Made by a program: the position numbers and the translations under genes
Shown here: piece by piece, positions 40,747 to 54,300 of the stretch
How positions within the stretch are numbered: position 1 is the first letter of the stretch
How the letters are laid out: each line of letters opens with the position of its first letter
NCBI GenBank assembly: GCA_030141605.1
Contig: JAQGDQ010002381.1
Coordinates: forward strand, 1-64,000
Source: Tubiluchus corallicola
Lineage: Eukaryota > Animalia > Priapulida
Direction of reading: 5' to 3'
DNA: 64,000 nucleotides
Notes under the pieces: generated by a model
The model's database searches: none
Told to the model about the DNA's origin: nothing
Seen by the model: only the letters and a program-made list of their open reading frames with translations

Positions 40747-41539
40747 ACAGATTAATTTTTGATGTAAACTGTCTGTGATGAGATATGTAAATAAATTTTA
40801 TTGTTCAGTAAAACAGTAGCTTTTAATTGGCTTTTTTCCTTTTTAACTTATTGTTCAAACTAGCGATATTATAATCAATATTGCACATGCAAAAGCATTA
40901 AAAGAACCTTTCTAAGATGATTAGCACTATTGGCACTAATTGGGAACTCTTCGCTCTCCGTTTACTAAATGTAGTGTTCGGCTAACTTCGTTTATTTTTA
41001 GATACAAATTGTCTCAAACAAGGCCATTAGCTACTCAGGGAAAGAGTTACAATAGGAGTGGAAATATGAGTACATTTCCAGAACAAAAGTATTCTTGTAA
41101 GTTGAAAGGGAAACAATTTTATAGCAGGAGGTTTCACTGATAACTTGTGCATACACAGTCCATTTGAAGAGTTCCACTATTACCTGGTATAGACTGGAAA
41201 GCGAAGTTGACAAAGCACGCAGAAAAATATTATCATTGGTAGAGCATTCCAAGCTAACGGATATTCTTGAAAACTTTAGATTTCCTTGGAAATCAAATCT
41301 CACAGTTTTCCGTCATCTGCAGAAGCTGTATTCCTCATATCTGTATAACCTCAAAGGCCTGTCTCCAAGAGGTGGATCTCGTGGGACTCATCGATACTTA
41401 TAGCCCCTTTTTGCCCTTCATTCCAATGCAGAAATCGAAGTTTTAACAATGAGGAGATCATCCTTGTCAATGGCGGTTCCGATCTTTTAGAACTGGCGAC
41501 CATTTCAAATACACTTGTGGGAAAATCACCAGTGTTATG

Positions 41540-41590
<51 letters not shown>

Positions 41591-42465
41591 ATGCGTGTGT
41601 CCAAAATCTTTCAACCAAGAGCTGTGTGTGTGCGTGCGTACGTGCGTGCGTGTGTATGTCCAAAATCTTTCAACCAAGAGCCGTTGAATTTAACAAAATT
41701 CACTAACTGGAATAGTCAATAGAGTGATATAATTCACAAGTACTGCTGAGATGAACTAATAGATCATGCGACTACAATACTGCAAAACTATCCGCTTGTT
41801 ACAGAATAATTTTTTCGAAAGCTCACAATGACTTGGTCAAACCTAACATTAAAATTTCGTCTTCTGTCTGGATCCTCAGGACTTTTTCTTCTGTCTTTTT
41901 GAATTGTCTTTCACAAAGCCAGTTCAGTCAAATTCTGTAGATGTTTCATGAAATCGCGCGTTTGTGTTTGAAGCAACCCTTCCCTATTCAGAATATGCTG
42001 GCCGACAGTATGGCTTCAAACAGTTCCATAAGATCAGAGAGTTATTCAACGTGTTGGGTTTTGCAAGGTTACACGTGTATGATACAGATTTCTTGTGACG
42101 TATCAGCACGACGAATAGGCCACCAATACCAGGTAAGAATTAAACATTTTGTAAATTAATTTCTCCCAATTTTCATTTACAGAATTTTGTAGTTTGTAAA
42201 TTTTTGGAAAATTTGTTGATCGTGTTCACACTTATAAAAAAAGTTTTCATGAAATTATATATTCATTGCATTATAGCTACTGTAGTCTCAGTGTATTTCA
42301 AGAAATTAAGATTACGTGTATTTTAGAAGTGAACTAAGTTTTACACCTAAATGTTAGTGGATTCTCACCTAGCATTAACGATAACCTACCATTTCTCTAG
42401 TTAACGTGCATTGTAGAACAACTTTAAAAAACGTTTTTTATTTGCCATCTGACAAAAACGTTTTT

Positions 42466-44814
42466 AGTGTGCATGTCACGTTTAATTTTAGGTTATTGAG
42501 GCAAACATCACTTAGACTAGTACAGCAGTTTTTATTCGTTAATTTATAAAAGAGGTATATTTAAACTTTAGTCAATTATATTCAAAACATTAACGCAGTT
42601 ACGTACTTAAGGCCTAAACTAATTGTAAGAGAGAAATTTTTAGACGATGCCACTGCATACATAAACCATAGGGAATACAGTAATATCAAATTTAATTATC
42701 GTCTTTTTATTCAGATTTTCAATTTAGAATAAACACTTGGCACTCACGACCAAGTGGTCACTAAGCTAACTGTGTTAAACCAATGACACACGGCCGCCAA
42801 AACACACAAACCCGCCGACGTCGGCCATGATAACTCTCCTTAACAGGGCTGTCTCTCCCATTAATGCAAACCAGGCAGTTGCGCAGGGCACCAAATTTTG
42901 GTTGGCGTCAAATTCTGGAAGTAATTATTTCATTTTGAAGTTTAGCTTAAGTAATAACATAGCGTATGTGTAATAACATAGCTTAAGTAATAACATTGTG
43001 TATGTGTAATAACATAGCTTAAGTAATAAAATTGTGTATGTGTAATACCATAGCTTAAGTAATAACATTGTGTATGTGTAACATAGATTAAGTAATAGCA
43101 TTGTGTATGTGTAGTAATATAGCTTAAGTAATAACATTGTGTATGTGTAATAACATAGCTTAAGTAATAACATTGTGTATGTGTAATAATATAGCTTAAG
43201 TAATAACATTGTGTATGTGTAATAACATAGCTTAAGTAATAACATTGTGTATGTGTAATAATATAGCTTAAGTAATAACATAGCGTATGTGTAATAACAT
43301 AGCTTAAGTAATAACATTGTGTATGTGTAATAATATAGCTTAAGTAATAACATAGCGTATGTGTAATAACATAGCTTAAGTAATAACATTGTGTATGTGT
43401 AATAATATAGTTTAAGTAATAACATTGTGTATGTGTAATAATATAGCTTAAGTAATAACATTGTGTATGTGTAATAACATAGATTAAGTAATAACATTGT
43501 GTATGTGTAATAACATAGATTAAGTAATAACATTGTGTATGTGTAATAACATAGCTTAAGTAACAACATAGCGTATGTGTAATTCTTTAAGTGCGCAACA
43601 CTAATCAAACGAAACGAACCATAATCTTTCTGTCGAAATGGATAATTCATCGATGCTAGGAAGTTAATTCCTACAGCAAAACACTTTCTAGTTTAGTTTT
43701 ATTTGTATTTCTAAGATTACATCATTCCACTCAGACATTTCTTGCGCGTGATTTTGCAAGCATTTTCTATTCTATGCATCGAGCAGCCTCGCTACGTAAG
43801 TGCTTATTGTAATGACCCTTACGTTAATAAACACTTCTTTCTATAGCATTTGTCTAATTATGCCAAATAAACTTACAAGAGTCGAAGTGTTTAGGAGCGG
43901 AATTATACAGGAAATGAAAAGCAAGAAAGCTAGCGGGTGACGGGTGGCGGGTGGCGACAATGAACAGCAGAAAGATTCGCCAGTGAAGCATTTGCAACAA
44001 AACCAGAGTTATGAAGCAGATGAAGCTAGTGAAATGGATGTACACGAAGAAAGAAGTTAAAGTTTCAAGGATTTCCTGACGAATAGCTGAGGGAAAATCT
44101 AAACAAGAAGAGCTGAAATCACAGAAATTTGATTGCTCCTGTAATAGGGTTATAAAGTCAGTTTCAAATTTAGTCAACACAATACAAGCTGTAGATAGGT
44201 AATTGACCACACTTAATTAGTTCACTATCACACATGCATAAGTCTAACACACAGGTACCATTATACTTTATTATAATATCATACAAGAAAAATTCAAATT
44301 TGCTGATGCTGTGTGAACCGGGGTGGAAGGGGTTGACCGTTGTTCAAATTCCGTCAACACAGCACAAACTGTAGATCTATCACACATGCATAAGCCTAAC
44401 GCACAGGTAGCATTATACTTTACTATAATATTATACAAGAAAAATTCAATTTTGCGGGTGCTGTGTGGACCGTGGAAGGGGTTGACCGTTGAAGAGGGGG
44501 CGCTAAAACTAATTTTCCCTAAGGCCTACTAAGGAAAATTGTGTTAGCCATGACCCCTTAGATCTGAATAAAAAGACGATACTTCAATTTGATATTACTG
44601 TACACCACATGGTTTATGTATGTATTTTAAATTTCTCTCATGCAATTAGCTTAGGTCTTAAGTACGTAATTGCGTTAATGTTTCGAACAGACATCAAAAA
44701 TAATTCACTAAGAGTTTAAATATACCTGTTTTATAAATTAATAAATAAATACTGCTGTACTAGTCCAAGTGATTTTTGCCTCTGTAATTTAAAATTAAAC
44801 GTGATATGCACACT
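42466..44814. mobile_element. 2.35-kb non-autonomous element with ~250-bp diverged TIRs enclosing a 30-bp minisatellite
   Basis: 42466-42717 is an inverted match of 44562-44814 (agtgtgcatgtcacgtttaatttta / taaaattaaacgtgatatgcacact). Confidence 0.7.
42942..43582. repeat. 30-bp minisatellite, about 21 copies
   Basis: Unit tagcttaagtaataacattgtgtatgtgtaataaca-type. Confidence 0.9.
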
Positions 44815-45258
44815 CAGACTACCTAGAGCCCACCCTGCTCGTTAAATTATAGAAGCCATTGAAAAGATTCACACTTGTGAAACTACTAGCTGTTCGCGTC
44901 TGTAGTGTAATGTAACTACAAAAACTTATAAATTAAGTATCTTAGCGCATTATATCGTTGTATGTAAAAATGTCCTACCGAAGAGAGACACTGCCAGTTC
45001 AAGCATTTTTCGTTCTTTGATTTGATACAGTGAGTTATCATTGATAGACGGTGCTATACTTAATTTCTCTAAGGAAAAAGCCAGAAAGGCACTTAGTATA
45101 TATGCTAAACAGTCCGTTCATCGCTTATGTTTTCCTTTATTGCTATTTTGATGATTGCTGTTCATTGCTAGTTTTGCTGCTAGCTAAAATACTCGTGTTT
45201 ATCTAACTGTCTTTCATGTTTGGCATCAAAATTTCATCAATTGTTGGTTTTTTCCATC

Positions 45259-45864
45259 CTTAAAGGAAGACAGGGTGATTTTTTTATATACCAGCCCATT
45301 TCAAGTCCGATAAAAGGGATACATTTTAACACAATTAATACCGCAAAAGTAGTTCTCATAATTAAATAATAGATTAAAAATTTAATTAACGGCGGGCTAG
45401 CCCACCTATTGATGACATCACCAATTAACATAATTTTCAAAGGCAAAAATACTCCACTAGCTTGTTTGAACTGTTTGAAAAGTACAGTGGTATTCAGTGT
45501 GTTGTATCAAAGCAAGGCAAGTTTTAATATAAAAATTCAAATTTCAGAATAAGTGCTGTGCTCACGCATGAGCTGTCGAATGTTTGTAGTTCGTCGCAAA
45601 CTAACGCATCTGAACAGAGAGGCACAGCACCTGTTTTTTGTGCATTGCGTTTCTGAAATGCAGGCGCTAGTGCCCGTCTAGCTAACGAATGGCGAAATGC
45701 ATGTAACAGCGAAGAACTAGTGGCGCGAACGTGAAATTGTATTTCTGGGGTATTAATTATTTCACGTAAGTCATTTTTGAAAAAAAGAGTATGTTTCCTT
45801 TCAATATTTTAAAGAGTAGATTGTTTTGACCTACAGTTTAAGATTAGGCCTGGTTTTACTTTAA
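45259..45864 (+). mobile_element. Kolobok-like non-autonomous element, second full copy
   Basis: ttaa-aggaagacagggtg ... cctggttttact-ttaa; homologous to 5897-6520. Confidence 0.65.
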
Positions 45865-47077
45865 TAATAATAATCTTGATTCTAGTTACTCAATTAAGTC
45901 ATTAATTTTCCACAGAAATTTCAGGATCAAAATTGATGTTAATTGTTAGATTCACTCCAGTGTAAGAGGTCTAACAGTGGAAATGCTGAAATTAGTTTAC
46001 CAAACAAAAAGAATGAACTTTGGGCTGCTTTAATCATTGGAAATAGGGAAATAGGGAGACAAAATCCAGGCTGTATCCCATCTATTTTCAAATTTCCTGT
46101 CTCTGGGCTTTAGTATCAAAATTTAATTTACTGTATCTTTGTTCCATCATTCATGTTCTGTCATTGTTTTAATTTTGTCGGAAAAATTTATTTGACCCAA
46201 CATCTTGGTCTGTGGATAGTTTTTTCCTAGAAACGGAGAAGGGTTTTTATGGGATATGAAAAAGGGTGGTTATATTTTCACTGTTTGTGACGTTTTTCTG
46301 CCTAGACCCGAAGTCTCATTTTCATTTTCTTTTCGGGACTGTGCAGTGATTGTAAAATGCTTAGCAAGAAAAACATTTTTACGTTTTAATTTGGTTTTCC
46401 CACAAAAATAAATCTGTGTATACGAGTTACGTGCCTATTCCGACAGAACTATAACTACAATGTATTACCGGTTTATTTCCTAAACGCTATTTCGCCAACT
46501 TAAACATCGAAATTTTAAGTTTCGAAGTTTTACAAACGACGAGTAAAATCATCAGCAATACAAGTGCACTAATTCTCAGATTATTTTCCCACTAAACTGT
46601 GAATTTTACTCTTGTTGTTGGAGTGTGTCCCATTCTTTTGTGCTTGCTAAACTATTTTGGGATAAATTGCGCTAAGCATTCTTTCATGTAAGTCATTTTT
46701 GAAAAAAAATAGTATGTGTCCTTTTAATATTTTAAAGAGTAGATTGTTTTGACCTACAGTTTAAGATTGGGTCCGGTTTTACTTTATATAGTATGTTTCC
46801 TTTCAATATTTTAAAGAGTAGATTGTTTTGACCTACAGTTTAAGATTGGGTCCGGTTTTACTTTATATAGTATGTTTCCTTTCAATATTTTAACGAGTAG
46901 ATTGTTTTGACCTACAGTTTAAGATTGGGTCCGGTTTTTACTTTATATTATACTTTATATATTTTACTTTAATTTATAACACGGAATTATATAGAATAAT
47001 TTTTGCTTGCATTACAATTTTTTTCTACTAATGATTGATAACTAACGATCATGAAAATACTCGATTATTTTTGCAGT

Positions 47078-48256
47078 ATGCAGGGGATAGGTGTTTGCCT
47101 GGTATTGGTATTACTGGCAGGACTATCATCTACTGAAACTCAGCCAGGTAAGTATTAATTTGGTTTCACATTTTAAATACAGTTTGACGTCGGTTAGTTA
47201 AATTATTTCGCCATTATTAGGTGTAAGACATTAAGAAAATGAACATATCTGTATCTCTATAAGTTCAGCAGTTGTTTCACTGATTGTTTGATTGGTTTTT
47301 TTCAACATGAAATTTTGACAGCAAATGTCTGGAGAATCTTAATTAACGCTGGCGCAATTTTTGGCAAATTCTTTTTTTCATTTACGGTTTGTGTGGGATT
47401 TTGATAAAAGTAAATCAAATGTTATTGATATGAACCTTTGTTTCCGTGCCTGTGCCGTTAATGAAACACCATTGTTTAGTAGCCAAATTAGCGATGTTAC
47501 TATGTTTTAAATGTGTTAATCAGAATTTAACAATCCATTGCGATTCCTTCCATCTACGATTAACAGCTATCTGTTGGTGAGCATAAACCGCAATCGTTTG
47601 TTAAATTCTTTGTTTTCACACTACAATCAAAGACTAATTATCCAAAACACCATATTATGGTTAGGTAATTAGTAATTACAGTAAACAGTTAAGTGTAAGT
47701 AAACTAACAGTTCCCTTGGTTGGTGACCTAATATTATGCAATAATGAACGCTAATCCTAAAGAATTTTAAGATACTTTTCTTTCAACTCTTTTTTTTCAT
47801 AACTAAACATACATGTTTATCCACTTTTGCTAGCTTCAAGCGGAAAATTAATTTTTTTTCTTCCTTTGACTCTAGGTCCTCATAATATTAATTTTAAATA
47901 CGTAAAGGTTAAATTATTATTAAAAGATAGGCACGTGTGTCTCTTCTTTCCCATTATTGAACATTATTTTATTATAAACTAACACATTCGTATAACGTTC
48001 AATTTTCATTCGTCTTAAATGCAAAATCTGATAATTTTTTATTATCTGATACATGCGCATTAACTAATTAATTATATTAGTAACAATTCTGAGAGGGTGG
48101 CTGACCTCGATGACTTATAGTTCTTTCGCCACCCTTTCACCACTAATCAATAATTACTTTTGCACTTTGTAATGTTGTATTATTGTATGTTGTATAGATT
48201 TATAAATCTGTTAGTTATGTATTTTGCTATTTTAAAAATGGTGATAAACTAATAAA

Positions 48257-48302
<46 letters not shown>

Positions 48303-51300
48303 TACTCATGGGATTGAATTAAGAACGCCCGCGTTCACACGTGTCTGTGTTGTCTAGTCATTGGTTTGAATTCCAAAGGTTTCTGGTTCAAATATATTGT
48401 GTTCACTTTACCAATAACTGATAATCTCGAATTTAAACTTATAACTAATTAGCTAATTATTTTATTTAATTACTTTCCAGAAGTTCCAAGTCATCTTCAT
48501 GACTACGATTCCTACGTGCGGTTCTGCTTTTACCCGGGGGAGGCAGCTCGACGTCCCGCGCCAGCCACGTTCTTACCAGAAGACATCGACCCCTCAACTT
48601 GCACGCACATCGTGTTTGGATACGCCACAATATTGGATAATGAGCTGACGGCCAAGTCAGAGTCAGATTTAGGTAAGTTGCTTGTTGCAAAGTGCTTTTG
48701 CCAATATGGTGTTATTGTTTACCATCCAAAGAAATTTCTGTGCTCATTGCGATGATGATGATGATTATGGCGACGACGACAACGATGATGATTCAGCTTT
48801 AAGTAGAACAGACAAACAAAGCTGCAATGAGATTTTTTATTGCCCACGATAAATTACGAATTACAACTACATAACAGAGATTAGTCACACAGGGCAACTA
48901 CACGTAGCATTTTTTAATTTTTTTATATGACTGTCTTTCGTATCGAACACGCAACCTCCTGTACGGAGCTCGGACGTTTTACCTATCAGGCTACGCAGCC
49001 ACTGTATTTGCCTAAGTGTTTGAAGAGAGACAGTACGACGTGACTATTAAACGAATACACAACATTGTCGTTCTGGCTATTGAGATTGCAAGCTGAGGTA
49101 AAAAGGTATCGAGGTTTAGGGACTGAAGTCGTGGACACTGGGTAGTGGGTTTTGAGTTTAAACAGGTACTGTGGGTAGAAATACCAAAAAACGTCAGGTC
49201 TATTTTATACACTCCCGAAATACTTTTCAGATTGCACGCAAAGTGTTAAAATTACTTGAAGATCACCAGTCGAATATTCATTCACGAAAAAAGGTTTATA
49301 AATAGAAGTAAATAAGTATAATCATTTTACTAGTTTTACAATCTGTTCACAAACCTACTAAATTGACAATATGATAAAAATCATGGTTTTTTGGTTCTTT
49401 TCTTAGAGAAGCGGTACGAAATCTCGACTTCACACTTAATCGCATTTAGATATAGATCTAGTAACTAATTTAATCTACAGCCAAAGGGAAGAAATAAAAT
49501 GAGGTCTGCAACATCTTGATGGCTCTGCTTGTTAAATGGTTTCAGCTTATCGTAGCCCCGAATGCACCACTCATATTTTACGCCTAGCACACGAACGCAG
49601 CGCACCCTGTGCTTAACTCCCCAGCCTGTGGTATCATTGATGACTTTCTTTTCTGGCTAATTATCACATTGGACACAATTCAATTCAATTCAATAATTTT
49701 TTATTTGGCTGATTTGCAACACAAAACATTAAACTATATACGTAATGATAGCAACAATGCGATAACAAAAACAGGTATGGTTTGAAAATTCTACAGAGTA
49801 GGATCGTGAACTTTCCAGACTCACCCCGAGACATGTCTTCTGTTCCTGAAATGGTAACTCGCGTAATTTCGTAACTTTGAAGCTCGTAGCTCTAATTTTA
49901 AATGCTTTTACTCACTTTCTGCATATAGTATTTTTTAGCACTTCTAGTTTTAGTCTAGGTAAATTTTAATTGTATGTTTTTGTGGCTTTTATGCTGAAAT
50001 AAATAGTACAATGAATGGATCAATCATAAATCAATCATTCTGACATGCTCTTCTCCTCACTTCTTAGCTTAACAAACCCAAATGAGGTTCAGTTTTAGTT
50101 ATTTCAATGGCAAATAAAAAAAATTGATTTAATTTTGCTTTAATTTTGTTGCGTTTTTCCAACTTTTTTGTTAAATGATAAAGCACATAAAAATTGACGA
50201 TATAAAACACATTGAAAAATCCCTGGTAAAGACCTACTTAACAATAACCAAGGTACACGGTGCAAGAAAGCAACAAACTGAACAAAGACCTGATCAAGTA
50301 AAAGTGCATTCAAAGCTGTGGTACAAGGAAAAAACCTAATGAAGCAATGAGTATTGAAGTAACTTTCCACAAATTTTATATTTTGTCAGAATTTCAAGAG
50401 GCCATTTATGCACTTTAACCCATGTCACAAAAATGATGTGTCGCATTCATTGTTAAACCAAATTTTGAGCTAAACGTTTTTTAAAACATCGTTATTGCAT
50501 TGTTTAAGACGCTGGTTGGGCTTTAAATTGCTATTTGCAGTAATACCTAACTAAAAAATCCGTTTGCACTAACTGTTTCTGTCGAAGCATTTAATAAAAT
50601 TCTTTTTTAGAATTGTTTCAGAGAATCCTGGCCCTAAAAAACCAAAATCCAGATCTGAAGGTACTGCTAGCAGTAGGCGGTTGGGCAGAAGGTTCACAGC
50701 GTTTCAGCAATATGGCGTGGTCTCTCAACTCACGTCTTACCTTTGTTAATTCTGTACTTCATTTCCTGAGACAATATGGTTTCGATGGACTAAATGTCGA
50801 CTGGGAGTTTCCGGGCTACGAACGAAGAGGTGGACATCCTTCAGATAGAGACAATTTACCACTGCTCTTAGAGGTATTGATATAAAAATATTAGTAGTAT
50901 TTGACAGGCTATAACACTCTAACTGCTTTGCTCTTGAAATTCATCTTTTCAAGCATTTTAAAGCAGGTTGTTAGTTCTGCTAGTTGACCGTCGGTTCTTC
51001 GTGTCTATATGGTGTAGTTTTGGCTTGAACAAATTAATGCAAAGTGAGGACTCTTCTTACCCAATATCTCTGTGTCAATTTTAAATTTATGTACAATTGT
51101 GTGTTTAATTTTTAGGAGCTTCACAAGATCTTTACGATGGAAGCCAAGTTTTCCGGCAACAATCAACTAATCTTGGCCACCACGATACCGGGCGCTAAAT
51201 ACTGGATAGATTTGGGTTACGACATCCCGAAAATCTCTTCGTGCGTTTATAAATACGTTTCTTATTTTTGATGAAAATAATTGGTACTAATAACGCTATT

Positions 51301-54300
51301 TAAAAGTTGAATTATCAGTGAATGATAAATTATTATGTAGAAGATAACCGCCCTGCAGGTCAAGTGACTAACCTCAAAATTGTCCTTGAAATCTATCATC
51401 TACTACCATTAATCCTTGCAAAGCGCCTTGTGTAAAAAACATCTCTGGTTATTTGTGCTCAAAGAGAAAAAGCTTCTCATAATATTCTTGATTTCTAAAT
51501 GCAGGTTTAGTGATTATTTACCAATGATGACTTATCACCTTAATGGAATATGGAACAAACACGCTGGTCATGGAAGTCCTTTGCATCCTCACTCCTACGA
51601 TGTGGACAAAACTGCGAATATTGTAAGTGAAGAGGTCGCCTTTGAAATATCTTTGTTTTTAGTAATTTCAGTTAAGTGTAAGACAACTTGGAAAATCACA
51701 CACAAGCAAGGGCAGCATTTTTGTGTCATGTGTGTGAAAGGGATAAATTATTGGAAAATCACGGAAGCACTTTTGAGACTAATAGCTATGAAGATGCGGT
51801 ATGATCGTTTTCCTTAGATAACCTAGTAATCTTCCATGCCATATAGTGTTCCTTGGTTTTTAGGGTACTTGGATAACCTAATAATCTTCCATGCCATGTA
51901 GTGTTCCTTAGTTTTTAGTGTACTTGGATAACCTAATAATCTTCCATGCCATGTAGTGTTCCTTAGTTTTTAGTGTACTTAGATAATCTAATAATCTTCC
52001 ATGCCATATAATGTTCCTTAGTTTTTAGTGTACTTAGATAACCTAATAATCTTCCATGCCATGTAGTGTTCCTTAGTTTTTAGGGTACTTAAATAACCTA
52101 GTAATCTTTCATGTCATATAGCGTTCCTTAGTTTTTAGTGTACTTAGATAATCTAATAATCTTCCATGCCATGTAATGTTCCTTAGTTTTTAGTGTACTT
52201 AGATAATCTAATAATCTTCCATGCCATGTAATGTTCCTTAGTTTTTAGCGTACTTAGATAATCTAATAATCTTCCATGCCATATAATGTTCTTTAGTTTT
52301 TAGTGTACTTAGATAATCTAATAATCTTCCATGCCATGTAGTGTTCCTTAGTTTTTAGTGTACTTAGATAATCTATTAATCTTCCATGCCATGTAGTGTT
52401 GCTTAGTTTTTAGTGTACTTAGATAATCTAATAATCTTCCATGCCATGTAGTGTTCCTTAGTTTTTAGTGTATTTAGATAATCTAATAATCTTCCATGCC
52501 ATATAACGTTCCTTAGTTTTTAGTGTACTTAGACAATCTAATAATCTTCCATGCCATATAGCGTTCCTTAGTTTTTAGTGTACTTAGATAATTTAATAAT
52601 CTTCCATGCCATATAGCGTTCCTTAGTTTTTAGTGTACTTAGATAACCTAAATCCTATTATCGTTGCTTTTTTTTAAGGAATTCATCGTCCAATATTGGA
52701 TAAACCATGGAACGGATCCAAAGAAATTGCTGCTGGGAATTCCTCTTTTTGGACAGACTTACACTCTCCAAGACCCATCTGACCACATGTTAAATGCACC
52801 TATTGTAGGAAGTGGCAAGGCTGGACACATGTATCAACAGGAAGGAATGATGCCGTACTACGAGGTTTGTGCCCACAAAACTTTGCTTGAGCTTATTCTT
52901 ATTAAGATTTTCGGCTTCTTGTGGATTGGTAAACACCAATCTTATTACTGCTTAAGTGATAGATTTAGCCAACTGAACAACTGATAATGCTTCTTGCGAA
53001 TATTTTTTGAATGACTTACAGATCTACGTCTTCACTCATAATAAATGAATAAATTACGACAAAATTTGCAGATTATAAAGATTCGCAAATCTGTTTCGGA
53101 AAATTCACAAACATTTTAATGGTACCAATGTGCGGCATTTGTCACATTTGCAAATAAATAAAAATTGTGGTTTATTTCTATTAATTTTAATGACTTGCAT
53201 TACTTAAATCTTTTGTAGGTGTGTTCTGAAGTGATGCCAAGCTATGAAAGCTTTTGGGTTGAAGATCAGCTTGTTCCATTTGCTTACAAAAATGACCAAT
53301 GGATTGGCTACGAGGATTCAAGGAGTATTAGTGAAAAGGTAACAATCCTTTGCAGTATATTTGGACAAGTTCTAGAACTTCCATCACCAAACTTTCACTA
53401 ATTTTTTTGTACGTATTGTTGACCACAGTTAGCATTCAACTGGTTACTGATCACCAACTTTTGTAATTTTTGCAACGCATTTGCATGTTATCAACGGGCC
53501 TCATTTTTCCCTGACTGACAATAGGGTTCGTCTAACTAGTTTTTGTTTGTAGGTCAAGTATGTGATCGACAATCACCTTGGAGGCGTTATGGTCTGGGCA
53601 TTAGGTTTTGATGATTTTAAAGGTCATTGTAATCATGGAAGGAATCCTCTGTTGACCACAATAAAAACAGAATTGCTGGAAGTGACACAGGTGACCTATG
53701 TAATCCACACAAAATCTTCAAATGTTTTACAGCAGTTGCCGCACAAGTATGAAACGGGTGCAGTAGAACCACATTATGCAACATCACATCACGGTGAGAC
53801 GTACAGGCGTCATACTGTGCAACATCGGCGACACTACGTACAACATGTATCCCATCAGCAAGAAGGACAACACCCTGTTCATGGATATGATGAGCACCAT
53901 GCCTACCATGGGCACAGTCGCAGTCGCAGAGTGGAGTCATCATATTCACGGCACGGGAATTATCACGATGCGTATCCTCATCAAACACAAGGAAGTTACA
54001 TACCATATCAAGAACACGAAATGATTCCCCACGAAACGTACAATTACGAAACATATCCACACAGAGATGCATATGAAGTCTACCCTAGCAACAGCTATCC
54101 TTATGACGCTCACAATTATGTAATATATCTGCCGGAGCAGTATGACGTGCACCCTCATCAAACACATGAGAATTACGGTGCATATTCAGCACATGGACAG
54201 TATGATGATTTCGAAGTACATCCTCGTGAAAGTTCTGAAATATATCCAGTAAACGAGCCGCATGCGTACCCTTATGAAAAAAGCAATTATTACGATACTT

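Noticed and set aside
42925-43650. 241-aa YTYTMLLLKL ORF
   Set aside because: Minisatellite translation with no splice or domain support.
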